Shown here piece after piece: positions 25,096-36,300 of a stretch of DNA of 47,111 nucleotides (positions within the stretch are counted from its first letter, which is position 1; every line of letters starts with the position of its first letter). The position numbers were made by a program, and so were the translations under genes. Source of the stretch: a virus (lineage: Duplodnaviria; Caudoviricetes); IMG/VR virus record IMGVR_UViG_3300033148_002673, positions 1-47,111 of that record. One strand, written 5' to 3'. The notes under the pieces were generated by a model. That model made no database searches and was not told the DNA's origin. It saw only the letters and a program-made list of their open reading frames with translations.

Positions 25096-27756
25096 ATGGC
25101 TCGCGGAGTCGTAAACCATTTTAACCGTGGCGAAGTAGATCAGCGAGCCCTTGCCAGGGAAGATCTGAAGCGGGTAAATAATTCAGCATCATTGATGCGT
25201 AACTTTATTCCTACTCGACTTGGCCCAATGATGTATCGCCCTGGTATGGAATATATCGGCGAGCTAAATGGATCATACGATCATCGCCAAGTAGAGTTCA
25301 TTAAGGCTGTTGACGATGTTGCGAACTTGGATTTCTACAATGAAACGCTGGAATTCATTGTCAACGACACGATAATCAAATCAACCGCCGTCACATCAGC
25401 CTTTGTTAATGGAGACTTTACTGCTGACATTGCTTCATGGACTGACGCATCGGGTGGCACCGCTACTACGGCGTGGTATGACTATGGCGGCGGAGATGGT
25501 GCGCTTGCCCTCACCGGAGACGGTTCTGATAATGCTGTTTCATATCAGACTATAGGCGCAACCGATACTGGTTCTGAGCACTTCATGAGGGTGGTTATCG
25601 ATCGAGCTCCTGTAGAGGTGCAGATTGGCACATCTGGAGTCGGGACTTATGACATATTCAGAGGGACGTTAAAGCCTGGTGAACATGTGCTGACGTTCTC
25701 TCCCGGTGCAAATATCACCATCACCTTCAAGAATTCAAAGAAGTATCGCGCATTAATCAATTCAATCTCATTTGATGGTGCCGCGAATCTTTCAATAGGG
25801 ACTCCGCTAATGTCCGCATCACTGCAATCGCTTAGAACAGTGCAGTCTGGTGATGTCGTATTCTGTGCGCATGATGGCGGCAAGCAATTCCAGGTCGAGC
25901 ATCGCGGAGATAAATCATGGTCTGTTATTGATTATCGAAGTGATGATGGCCCATTTGATATCATTAACACAACTAATGTCACCCTTAATCCGGGCGCTCT
26001 CAGTGGGGATACCACGCTAACGGCATCAGAGGACTTCTTTGATGCCGATCATGTTGGCACATTATTTAAGGCGGCATCCGTTGGCCAACAGGTAGCAGCT
26101 AGTGTATCGGTCGATACCGGTGCAGGAACATCATCGATATTGGTTACCGGTGTTGGCGGAACTAGGGCGTTCACAGTCTCCGCGTCAGGCATGACCACAT
26201 CAACGGTGACTCTTCAGAGATCTGCCGATGACAGCTCGTGGGATGACGTTGAAACGTACACCACCACCACAAGCAAGGCTTACAATGATGGATTCGACAA
26301 TTCAATCTTCTTTTACAGACTATTTGTTAAAGCCGGAGATAATCCGCTGCCAGATACTATTGCTCTGAACCTCAATTACGCAACAGGATCGATTGAAGGC
26401 ATTGCCCGAGTAACTAAATACACTTCTGCTACCGCTGTTGAGATACAGATATTGCAGGATTTTGGCGATACCAACGCAACACTGGATTGGTATCAGGGCT
26501 CATGGTCTGCGGCATCACAGTACCCGGTCGCTGTCGAGCTAACAGAGGGGCGGCTATGGTTCTCTGGCGCAGAAGAGATATGGGGATCGGTATCAGACGC
26601 ATATTTCTCATTTGACCGAAGCATTGAGGGAGACTCGGCATCCATACTGAGAACAATCGGGTTCGGGCCAAGCGATCCTGTTAAGTGGATGAAAGCCGCC
26701 GGACAACTTATCGTCGGCACCACAGGTGATGAGATCGTCGTTCGGTCGAGCTCTTTTGGCGAGCCATTAACCCCGTCTACCGCCAACGTTAAAAGCGGGT
26801 CTGATCAGGGGTCGGGCAATGTTGAGCCTGTCAAAGTGGACGGCACAATCTATTTCGTTCAGCGCTCCGGAGTAAAAATTTATTCGTTACAGAATCTCGC
26901 TGAGAGAGACGCTTTCTCTACACTTGATGCGACTATTTTGAATCAGTCAATTGTAGCGTCTGGAGTTATTAGGCTGGCCAGAGCAAGGCAGCCAGAGACT
27001 CGTATATTTGCAGTGTTAAGCGATGGGGATGTCGCAGTTTATACTGTAGATGCCGCTGAAGAGGTTTCGGGGTGGAGTCGCCTTGTAATTGATGGGGGTG
27101 TGAAGGATGTTATTGTGCTTCCAGAGACAGACGAGGATCGAGTCTATTTTGTTGTAGAGAGGACTGGTGGCACGTATCTTGAGAAGCTTGCCAAATTCAA
27201 AGACTCTGAAGGAGGCAATATATCGGAGACATTCGACAGCTTTAAGCGCTACACATCTCCAGGAACAGTCATTGCCGGGCTATCTCATCTTGAGAATGAG
27301 GATGTTGGGGTGTGGGCAGACGGACAAGACAGAGGAGCATTTACGGTTTATGACGGGCAAATAACTGTTGGATCGTCGTGGGCCAATGTAATTGTTGGGC
27401 TGCCTTATGTTGCAGACTATATCTCTAACAAACTAAGCGGATATCAGCAAACCACCGGAATGACGGAAAAAAAGCGCATTATTGATACTGGCTTGGTCAT
27501 GATGAATTATGTTCCGGAATCCCTATCAGTAGGCCCAACAGAAGCCTTATTGAAGAAATTGCCACTGATTGAAGAGGGGACAACCGTTGATCCGACTGTT
27601 ACAATCACAGACTACAGCGAAGTCCCATTTGAGTTTGATGGTGAGACCGAGGCAGACCCGAGGATTTACATGCGAGCAACTGGCCCGTGTATGATAATGG
27701 CATTAACTTATGACGCAGAAGATGAGGCCGGTAATAAGGCCAGTGAACAAGGCTGA
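25096..27756 (+). CDS. Tail nozzle (tail tubular protein B, T7 gp12-like)
   Basis: FNRGEV..., RPG..YI, QSGDV, GRLWF, YFVQRSG, V..WSR, LSHLE...V.VWADG, VGLPY. Confidence 0.9.
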   Translation: MARGVVNHFNRGEVDQRALAREDLKRVNNSASLMRNFIPTRLGPMMYRPGMEYIGELNGSYDHRQVEFIKAVDDVANLDFYNETLEFIVNDTIIKSTAVTSAFVNGDFTADIASWTDASGGTATTAWYDYGGGDGALALTGDGSDNAVSYQTIGATDTGSEHFMRVVIDRAPVEVQIGTSGVGTYDIFRGTLKPGEHVLTFSPGANITITFKNSKKYRALINSISFDGAANLSIGTPLMSASLQSLRTVQSGDVVFCAHDGGKQFQVEHRGDKSWSVIDYRSDDGPFDIINTTNVTLNPGALSGDTTLTASEDFFDADHVGTLFKAASVGQQVAASVSVDTGAGTSSILVTGVGGTRAFTVSASGMTTSTVTLQRSADDSSWDDVETYTTTTSKAYNDGFDNSIFFYRLFVKAGDNPLPDTIALNLNYATGSIEGIARVTKYTSATAVEIQILQDFGDTNATLDWYQGSWSAASQYPVAVELTEGRLWFSGAEEIWGSVSDAYFSFDRSIEGDSASILRTIGFGPSDPVKWMKAAGQLIVGTTGDEIVVRSSSFGEPLTPSTANVKSGSDQGSGNVEPVKVDGTIYFVQRSGVKIYSLQNLAERDAFSTLDATILNQSIVASGVIRLARARQPETRIFAVLSDGDVAVYTVDAAEEVSGWSRLVIDGGVKDVIVLPETDEDRVYFVVERTGGTYLEKLAKFKDSEGGNISETFDSFKRYTSPGTVIAGLSHLENEDVGVWADGQDRGAFTVYDGQITVGSSWANVIVGLPYVADYISNKLSGYQQTTGMTEKKRIIDTGLVMMNYVPESLSVGPTEALLKKLPLIEEGTTVDPTVTITDYSEVPFEFDGETEADPRIYMRATGPCMIMALTYDAEDEAGNKASEQG

Positions 27757-28072
27757 CGTTCTTGCTCTTAATGGTAAATCGTATGACGCCTCATTTAGAG
27801 GAGTCGCCGCAGAGATTGACGGAAAGGTTGTAGGGATCGCTGGGGTTATGCATACGCCAAGACTGCAATTTTTTAGTAAGTTTTCAGATGAATTAAGAAG
27901 GCACCCGAAGTCGATGATTAAGGCTGCCAAGATGATGAAAGAGATGTTTGGTCAATATAATTCGGCCATTTATTCTATTGCGGATGAGAATGTAGAAAGC
28001 TCGGCTAGATTTCTTGAATATATTGGATTTGAGCATTATGAGGGGAGGGTTTATCGATGGCTGATCCGTTGA
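27710..28072 (+). CDS. GNAT-like protein (T7 gp13-like position)
   Basis: SARFLEYIGFE motif; between nozzle and ejection genes. Confidence 0.6.
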   Translation: MTQKMRPVIRPVNKADVLALNGKSYDASFRGVAAEIDGKVVGIAGVMHTPRLQFFSKFSDELRRHPKSMIKAAKMMKEMFGQYNSAIYSIADENVESSARFLEYIGFEHYEGRVYRWLIR

Positions 28073-28476
28073 CTATGGGCTTGATGGCCGTATCCACCAT
28101 GATTAGTGCTCGTGGAGAGGAGCAGGAAGGAAGAGCCGCGCAAGAGAGTAAAGAGTTTGAGGCTAAAACTAAAATGGCCACGGGCACTCGTCGCGCCTAT
28201 GAGGCGAAACGAGAAGGCGATATCGTAGAATCGGCCGCAAGAGCGGCGATGGCTGCTGGCGGCGGCATGGCCACAGACCCCGGAGCGATCGAGCATCTTG
28301 CGAAAATTAAATCTCAAGCAGAATACAGTGCGCTTTCAGCTCTTTATGAGGGCAAGACGGGGGCGGGCATCGCAAGATACGAAGGAAGGGTAAAGCGAAA
28401 GGCCTCAAAAACGAGAGCGTTAAGCACAGTCCTCGGCGGCGGGGCTAAAATCTATTCATCATATAAAAATCAATAG
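28057..28476 (+). CDS. Small internal virion (ejection) protein
   Basis: MADPLT start, Ala/Gly-rich, synteny with T7 gp14-like genes. Confidence 0.7.
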   Translation: MADPLTMGLMAVSTMISARGEEQEGRAAQESKEFEAKTKMATGTRRAYEAKREGDIVESAARAAMAAGGGMATDPGAIEHLAKIKSQAEYSALSALYEGKTGAGIARYEGRVKRKASKTRALSTVLGGGAKIYSSYKNQ

Positions 28477-28486
28477 GTTACATTAA

Positions 28487-30064
28487 ATGCCTAAGATACC
28501 TGGAGCAGCAGCATTAAAAAGGGATATTCCGTCTATCGATGGACGTATAGATGTCAGAGGCGTCGGCGCCAATATTGGCGCCGGATTAATGGATGTTGCC
28601 GCCGTTGCGAGCCAGATTGGAGAGCGGGAAAAACGTAACCAATTAGCTAAAGCTAACGCGGATATGTCGGTTGCCCTTATATCCGAAGCAAATGCTTATG
28701 ATCAAGACCCAGATTATGCGACATTCGACGAAAGATTCACCGGGAATACAGAGACAAAGCTTGGTGAGGTGGCGGCTACAATTGAGAATGAGCAGCTCCG
28801 CAACGAGTTTATCCAGAAGTACAGGCCAAAAATAGCGCTGTCGCGGGAAAAAGTGCGCGGCCTGGCATGGGGCAAGGAAAAGGATTTTGAGAGAGGAGAG
28901 CTCACTACGCGTCTTGAGACGCTGCGTAACGCCGCAATCCTATCTGGGGATATCGAAGATGCGAACACTCAAGCGCTTGATCTGCTTCAGTCCCACGCCG
29001 ACCTCGGCCATATCGATGCGGATGATTCGGTAACTATCCGCAACTCATTCAGGGATAGCCTGTCAAAAGGATACGTTGAGGCGCAAGATCCAGAGAGGCG
29101 CGCAGAGACGTTAAAGCAGCCATGGGCTAAGAAGTACCTGGCTCCAGATGTTTATGCCGGCCTGAAGCGCCAGGCGGACGACGAGCTGCGTATCGGCAAG
29201 GCTCAGACACAAGTTGACGAATATCTCGATACTGATCTCGACCGTGCTGACGTTATGGAGAAGATCGACAAGAAATATAGCGGTGATCCGAAACTCAGAA
29301 AGGAGATCGAGAGTCGATTTGATTACGCCTTCGGCAAAAAGAAGGTTGCCAGGGTTGAGGAGCAGTCCGCTTTATTTGACCAATACTTCCTCCCTATCCG
29401 TTTAGGCGAGGCGACTATTGATAGTATTCCGCGCGAAGATCTGGAGCGCATGAGTCCGCAGCAACAGAATAGCCTCTATTCTGCCCAGAAGAATTCCGTA
29501 TCATCTGCCAAGGTATCTTTCAATATCGGGGCTGAGGATAAATTGAATTATCTCCTAAAGACCAGGCAGTTCCCCGAATTGCGCAAATTCTTTGTGGAAA
29601 ATGCTGGCACCATGAGCGACAGTCAAAATAAATCATGGTCTGAGGTATCGATTGATGGCGTTATGCCGATTGAGGTCGAATCCTTGTTCACTGCCAAAGC
29701 CTCTATCGACGCGAAGACACCGAATTACACCAAGGAGAACCGTGCTGTCCTGAAGGATTCTATGGATACTTGGTATCGAGGCTATCAGCAGCGCGAGAAC
29801 AGGATCCCAACTGATGATGAAGTCGGTAAGCAGATCGACCGCATGATTCTCGAATACGATACTTCATGGTGGTGGGGAGGTGCTCAGAAGATGTTTGAAA
29901 TGACTGAGGACGAAAAAACCTATGTCATGGAGCGGGCGCGCGAAGAGGATCAGACATCTTTCGATGATACGGCCGAGTTCTTTAGAGCAAAAGGAGTGCA
30001 GCCAGACCATGCTCAGTTCATGGAGGCATACACCAAATTAAAGGATAAACGCAGTGGCTCTTGA
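28487..30064 (+). CDS. Internal virion (ejection) protein
   Basis: MPKIP start, helical 525 aa, synteny. Confidence 0.7.
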   Translation: MPKIPGAAALKRDIPSIDGRIDVRGVGANIGAGLMDVAAVASQIGEREKRNQLAKANADMSVALISEANAYDQDPDYATFDERFTGNTETKLGEVAATIENEQLRNEFIQKYRPKIALSREKVRGLAWGKEKDFERGELTTRLETLRNAAILSGDIEDANTQALDLLQSHADLGHIDADDSVTIRNSFRDSLSKGYVEAQDPERRAETLKQPWAKKYLAPDVYAGLKRQADDELRIGKAQTQVDEYLDTDLDRADVMEKIDKKYSGDPKLRKEIESRFDYAFGKKKVARVEEQSALFDQYFLPIRLGEATIDSIPREDLERMSPQQQNSLYSAQKNSVSSAKVSFNIGAEDKLNYLLKTRQFPELRKFFVENAGTMSDSQNKSWSEVSIDGVMPIEVESLFTAKASIDAKTPNYTKENRAVLKDSMDTWYRGYQQRENRIPTDDEVGKQIDRMILEYDTSWWWGGAQKMFEMTEDEKTYVMERAREEDQTSFDDTAEFFRAKGVQPDHAQFMEAYTKLKDKRSGS

Positions 30065-31943
30065 TGAATCAGAGCTGGAGCTGCTTGAAGGTTCTCTGAA
30101 TCAGCCTTCCCTCGAGTCATCGCTTGACCGGGCCACTCGAGTCAATCCAGATGAATTCGCTGAGAGCATGCGACTCCCAATATCTGGAGACGTTTACTCC
30201 AGAAATAGGCCAGAGATACAGCGCCGCCAGAAGCTGGTTGATATTGGCGCCATGCAGATGAAGGAGACCCACCCAATTACTGCAGATTGGATGACTGACA
30301 CCAATAATGCGTCGGTGGCAATAGATGATCTGGATATCCTCAAAGGCCTTGAAGATAGCCTGAAGGAGCCTGAGCGCGGATTTTTCAATAACGCAGCCCG
30401 AGGTGGATTGAAGACTGTTAATACACTCACTGGTAATCTGCTCGAGTTCGCCGGTAACAATGCCGACAATTTTGAAGACTTCATGGTGAATACCGTGGGG
30501 GCTCCTAATCCTGGCATCGTGTTCGGTGAAGACGGGATCTCTTGGTCATGGAATATCCCCCCTGAGGAGACCGATGCCGGTTATATTGGCCGGGCTATCT
30601 CTGAAGGTGATGGATATGATTATATGCCCCAGTTCACATGGGAGAAGCTGAAGGGCGATGTGACCCCAACTAATCTCGCTGGATACGTGGTTGAGCAAGG
30701 GGTGCAGTCGATTCCTCATATGCTGGCAACCATCTTTACCTTGCCAGCATATATCGCCTCACGCACAGAGGATATCGCCGAGGCCAGGGTTAATAACGAC
30801 GATCGAGATCAAGTAACGTCCGCCGATCTCGCAACATCTATCGTACCGGCCACCATAGTCGCTTTAATGGAGCGACTGGGAGCTAAGTCCGTATTTGATA
30901 TAGGTGACGTCATTGGAGTCAAGGGTGTTGCGAAAGCCACCGGTGAGGCGGCTGTAAAGGAGGGTGTTACCGAATTCGTCCAAGAGGGGGTTGAATATGT
31001 CGGCGAGACTGCACTCACCAAAAAGGAAATGGCTGCCGCTGAGATGCTGGATAGGCAATTGGCCGGGCTGGTGGCTGGCGCCGGCATGGGCGCGGGTATT
31101 CGTGGCACAACAGCAACGGTTGAGGCGGTTTCAAATAGAACCGCTGGACACGTACAAACCACTATTCAATCGGCATCTGAGCAAGAGACTATCGATCAGA
31201 TTATCGGTTACGCCCAATCCAGCACAACAAATGGGCGCGCATCATCGCAATTTGAGGATTTTGTAGCCAAGCTGGGGCCGGAGAGGGAAGTCATTATCCC
31301 ATCAAAAATTGCTATCCAGATGCAGAATGCGCCTGGATATATTGTTGACCAGATAAACAATCTCGGAACTACCGTGAGCATATCGCTCAGTAAGTTTGCA
31401 TCAGAAATTGCCCCGGTCCAGGAGTGGATGGATATTATTCGCCCTCATATTAAGATGAGCGAGAACAATATGACGCTCCAAGATATGGAGACCGGCGAGC
31501 GCGTTGAAATGAAAACTCTTCTCGAAAGAGCTCAGAAAGACCAAGAGACTCTGACAGAAGCCGAGGAAATATTTGAATCGGTGAAGGATCAGCTTGTTGC
31601 CACCGGTATGCAGTCAGAAACCACTGCCCGATACAGCGCACAACTTTATCCAGCCTCGGCAGCCGTTTATGCGGAGAAAGCCCGTAAGGCCGGGCATGAC
31701 ATTAGCGTGAGCGAAGTCTACGATATGATGGGATTCAAGCTGGAGATTGGCCCACCAGAAGCGGAGGCGCCGGGCATCATCGTCGATCAAGCTGGAATAC
31801 CCGCCGATATGGAAGTCGCCATGGATATTGAGACCATCGAGACCGGTGAGATAGTTCAAGAGACTTTTAATGCCAAGGAGTTGGTCACCGAAATAGATGA
31901 TAGTATAGACATCTACTCCCGCTTGAGAGACTGTTTAGGATGA
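30054..31943 (+). CDS. Internal virion (ejection) protein
   Basis: 629 aa; EGVTEFVQE and GLVAGAGMGAG segments typical of ejection proteins. Confidence 0.7.
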   Translation: MALDESELELLEGSLNQPSLESSLDRATRVNPDEFAESMRLPISGDVYSRNRPEIQRRQKLVDIGAMQMKETHPITADWMTDTNNASVAIDDLDILKGLEDSLKEPERGFFNNAARGGLKTVNTLTGNLLEFAGNNADNFEDFMVNTVGAPNPGIVFGEDGISWSWNIPPEETDAGYIGRAISEGDGYDYMPQFTWEKLKGDVTPTNLAGYVVEQGVQSIPHMLATIFTLPAYIASRTEDIAEARVNNDDRDQVTSADLATSIVPATIVALMERLGAKSVFDIGDVIGVKGVAKATGEAAVKEGVTEFVQEGVEYVGETALTKKEMAAAEMLDRQLAGLVAGAGMGAGIRGTTATVEAVSNRTAGHVQTTIQSASEQETIDQIIGYAQSSTTNGRASSQFEDFVAKLGPEREVIIPSKIAIQMQNAPGYIVDQINNLGTTVSISLSKFASEIAPVQEWMDIIRPHIKMSENNMTLQDMETGERVEMKTLLERAQKDQETLTEAEEIFESVKDQLVATGMQSETTARYSAQLYPASAAVYAEKARKAGHDISVSEVYDMMGFKLEIGPPEAEAPGIIVDQAGIPADMEVAMDIETIETGEIVQETFNAKELVTEIDDSIDIYSRLRDCLG

Positions 31944-32230
31944 AGCGATCAGTAACGCAACTGCACCCAAATCCGCCTGCGCCTGTGGCTCCAGAGATTA
32001 AAATCGAGCCAAAGATTGAGGTGATTACTCAGGCCCCTGATATGGAGCCGATCGCCACGGCGCTGGCCGAGGTTATTAACAAGGCTCTCTCTGCCAAGCA
32101 GGAGCAGCCAAATGTAGATGTTCACGTTCACGAACAACCCAAAAAACCAAAAAAGATCAAGATTGATGTGGAGCGAGACGGTCGCGGATTCATCAAATCA
32201 CTGATTTGTGAGGAAATTGAGAATGGATAA
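31940..32230 (+). CDS. Hypothetical Pro-rich protein
   Basis: 96 aa, ATGA overlap; ends in VERDGRGFI. Confidence 0.65.
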   Translation: MKRSVTQLHPNPPAPVAPEIKIEPKIEVITQAPDMEPIATALAEVINKALSAKQEQPNVDVHVHEQPKKPKKIKIDVERDGRGFIKSLICEEIENG

Positions 32231-33176
32231 TATACCTGTCAACCCCGGAACGGACGCGCATTCAGTTATTGTTGCCACCGATGAGATTCAGGAGGGTGAT
32301 AAGAAGGTCCATTATCCGATATACAAAATTGGTTATGGGACCCTTGGGGCAACAACATTGGTGGATGAGTCCAACCCCTTACCTACTGGTTCGTATGACG
32401 GCTATGGAAATCCTATAGGCTCATTGGGTAATGCTTTAAACGTCCATGATGCAGATCCGCATCATAATGCTTATAATCAATTCCTTCATTTTGATACAGC
32501 CATTACTACCACTTTAAGCGTGGCCGCAGAGGCAGGGGATAATCAGCTTAATTTCACAAGCACTGGATCATTTTTAGAAGGTGATGAGATAAAACTGGAA
32601 AATGGCAGCTTGGAGCCGGTATTTTTCACCATAAAGGACATAGTTGGGACTGTTGTTGATGTTGATACTCCTATAACATTTGATCATCCAGCAGGAGCTG
32701 ACATTACGCTGATCTATACCAATATGGCTACACCTGGACTAACTGCTGGCGCAACACGTGCTGATCCTGTTATTTTCACGAGCCATGTCCCGGCTAGTGC
32801 AATTGTTCATCTTACAAACATGTCTGTGGTGATGACTAATCCTAGCGCAATGGATTTCACAAAATTTGGCGGGGCACCAGAGTTAGATAATGGCTGCGTG
32901 CTTAGAGCCAAATCTGATGGATTTACTGGCAGCTATACGAACTGGAAGCGAAATCTTGATATGGATAGCGACGCTTTCCCTATTCGATATCAAGCAAAAT
33001 CTGGTGGTGGAGAATTTGGGTTGTCAGCATCCTACCAGATTAAAACCAACACTGGGGCTATTGTGTATCTCGACGGATCAAAAATCGATAACTTTGAATT
33101 ATTGGCGCAAGATCCATTAGAAGGTGATAATACCGTTTTCAGGATTAAATTACAGGGTCATTATGAGGGCGGATAA
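32223..33176 (+). CDS. Putative virion structural protein (beta-rich)
   Basis: GAGGA RBS; TTTLSVAAEAGD..., DFTKFGG..EL.NG segments. Confidence 0.6.
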   Translation: MDNIPVNPGTDAHSVIVATDEIQEGDKKVHYPIYKIGYGTLGATTLVDESNPLPTGSYDGYGNPIGSLGNALNVHDADPHHNAYNQFLHFDTAITTTLSVAAEAGDNQLNFTSTGSFLEGDEIKLENGSLEPVFFTIKDIVGTVVDVDTPITFDHPAGADITLIYTNMATPGLTAGATRADPVIFTSHVPASAIVHLTNMSVVMTNPSAMDFTKFGGAPELDNGCVLRAKSDGFTGSYTNWKRNLDMDSDAFPIRYQAKSGGGEFGLSASYQIKTNTGAIVYLDGSKIDNFELLAQDPLEGDNTVFRIKLQGHYEGG

Positions 33177-33353
33177 ATGGCTTACTCAACCAATTATCCT
33201 ATGGGCCCCGGCTTTTTCATCTTCTTTCAGGATAGATTGCATCGCACCCCGAAGGAATACGAGCCGCCAAGCGATCGTGAGAGTATAATTCGTGATGATA
33301 ATGAGATACTGGATATAATAACTATGCTGGTGAATTGCGATGTCATTTTCTGA
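33177..33353 (+). CDS. Small hypothetical protein
   Basis: 58 aa MAYSTNYPMGPGFF...IIRDDNEILDII; fills the gap; below ORF-track cutoff. Confidence 0.55.
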   Translation: MAYSTNYPMGPGFFIFFQDRLHRTPKEYEPPSDRESIIRDDNEILDIITMLVNCDVIF

Positions 33354-36300
33354 TTGTCTTGCCAAAATACCCCTAAGCGAACAAGAGTCTCGGATTTATA
33401 GCGATCTGGTGGCTAAGAAGGTTGCCGATGGCATTCCCGAGGAGCAGGCGCAGAAAGAGGCTATTGAGTCCCGGCTTGGTGAGCTGGATGCTGATAGGGC
33501 TGATGTATTTGCCAAGGTGAATGAGGTTGCTGCTCCTCAAAGAGAAAGGGCGCTTTATCAAGCAGAATTAGACAAGGCTGTAAAAACCCCTGAATTTAAG
33601 GAGTGGTTCGGCGATTCAGCGATAGTCGATAAAAGCGGTGATCCACTAAGGGTTTACCATGGCACCGGCGCTGTTGTTGAAGAGGATTTCGCTTTTGATT
33701 ATTCGCGCATCGGTACGCAGGGCAGGGCAGAGGGAGCCGGATTCTATTTCACTCCAAACGAAGATATTGCAAAAGGCTATGCTGAAGAGACGCTGATTGA
33801 TGGGTATCTGGCTATAGAAAACCCTGTCGAATACGATCAACCGTCATTCCAAGGTGATACGCTTAGAGATATTATAAAGCGTATAGCAGAAATTGAGGCG
33901 GAAAAGGAGGGGATCGAGATAAGTGATGGCTTCCTATCAAACTTTGGAGATGTTAATTACGAAGGACTTGATTCGGTAATTGAATCAGCCTCTAAGCTCA
34001 TGGCTGACGATGAGACGGCCATTGATCAGCTCGGCGGAATTATTGGGGCTGGCGTTGAGCCAGAAGTGCTCAATAAGGCGGTTTATGAGATTACTGGCCA
34101 TGACGGTGTAATTTCTGAAGGATTCAGCGGGATGGGCGGGGACCCAATCTATGTCGCATTCTTCCCCGAGCAATTTAAGTCATCAGAGAATATTGGTGCC
34201 TTTGATCCAGCAGACCCAAGAATTCTGTATCAGGCCGGGCAAAAAGATTTATTCGAGGACACGATTGATGAAGACGGTAAATACACAAAGGAAAGGTACG
34301 TACAGCCCCCACCCAAAATACGAAATCAAGCGTCTTTCGTTGGCAGGGAGACTATCCGCAAGGTGGATGTTGGGTTTGAGGTTATTGATACTGCGGATAA
34401 AGTCGCATATGCCACATCCGCTCTAACCAAAGCTGCTCAAGAAAAGGTATGGGTCATTGTTACCGATAAGGATGGCAAACCCTTAGAGATGCTCAACCAT
34501 TCGATGGGTCTGCGTGCAGAAGCGGCGGCCGATCATGGAATTGTTGCAGGATGGGCCGCCGGAGTCCCGGCCGGAGCAAATGTCTGGATTTCTCACAATC
34601 ACCCATCGGGAGATCCAAAATTAAGTAGCGCTGATACAGCGTTATCAGAAAGAGTGCGCAATTTGCTGGATGGTAGCGGTCTATCCTATGAAGGGATTAT
34701 GGCAGTTGTGCCAGGGAGATTTGAGCACGAGCTGGCGATAGAAGAGGGGGTGATGCCGGAGCCCGAAATCTCTATAGATATCGAGGTCGTTGAGCGAACG
34801 CTTGAGCGCGACCCATCAGCTCTATCTGTTCGAGTAACGAGCCCAGATACCGCCAAAGAGATAATATCGGATATGTCGAAAGGTGAAGATGGGGTAGTCT
34901 TGCTAGACAACAAGCATTCGCCTATTGGGTTTTTACCATTAGACATGAAGGAGGCTGGCAGGCTTCGAGGTGGGGAGTTGAATCAAATCCTTCGAGCTCT
35001 TGAATCTACAAATGCCTCGGCGGCAATTATCAATACCGCCAAGTCAGTAGCGGAAGGGCAGGATGTTAATGACATCCAAAACATCGGCAACATGATAGAG
35101 GCGGCAAATATTCGTGTGCTAGACGCATTTGCAGGCGACATTTCGCTTGCGCAAATAGGTCAGCCAATAACCACTGGAGCAGAGTTTCGTCAAGAAGCAG
35201 AAGTGCCCCGAGCAGCAATTCGTTTCACCGAGGAAGGCGAGAGTATCATGCGCCTCACCCGCGCATCAGATCTGTCATCGTTCCTGCATGAATCCGGACA
35301 TCTATTCTTGGAGATGGAGCGCCGTTTTGCTGAGAAATTCGGTGCAACTGAAGAACAGAAGGTGCTGCTTGACTGGCTTGATGTCGAATCGTTTGATGAA
35401 CTCAATCAGACTGAGACGGTTGATGGGAAAGAGCAATACACCCAGAAAAGCATCAATCTCCATGAAAAGTTCGCTGAGACCTTTGAGGTCTATCTTCGCG
35501 AAGGTAAGGCTCCATCTCTCAAATTGCGCGAGGCCTTCGCTGCGTTCGCTCGCTGGCTATCAGTCATTTATCGCAAATTAACCGACCCACGGCTCATAGG
35601 GGCGAGATTAACCCCTGAAATTCGTGAATACATGGATCGCATGCTGGCTACTGAGGTGGAAATAGAGCAGGCCACGGCAAATCCTGCCTATGATCAGCTA
35701 TTCCGCTCCCAGGAACAGGCTGGTATGACTGATGCTGAGTGGATTGCTTATGAGGCTCAGGCTGCTAAGGCAAAGAATACCGCCACTGTAGATCTCAATA
35801 AGAAGTTGATCGATGAGTTGACTCGCCGCAAGACCCGTGAATGGAAAGAGGAGCGTGAGCCGCTGATCGAGGAAGAGACTGAAAGATTGTCTCAAATGCC
35901 TGCTTATGAGGTGTTCAACATGGCTTTGAAGGATCCGATGGATTCTGCCGAGGTAATGAGCCAGCTTGACATCAAGCCTGCCATGACGACTGCTGAGCGA
36001 TTTGCCGCAAGCGCTGAAATCGATTTAAGACAAGACTCTCTGCTGGTTGCCGCGGCCAAGCGCGGCGGACTGAACATGGCGGAATGGGCGCGTGAATTCG
36101 TCGATGAAGCCGCCATGAAGGATCGAGCTTTCAACAATCAGGTGTTTGGGCGCCCAATCTTCAGGAAGAAAGAGGGAATGAATGCCGAGGATTTGGCTGA
36201 GATGGCCAATGAACTCGGGTACGCGCAGGATATCTCTGCCAATGAGGTTCTGGATCTGGTCGATCGGGAGATTCGCGGCGAACCGGTTTACACCCCAGAG

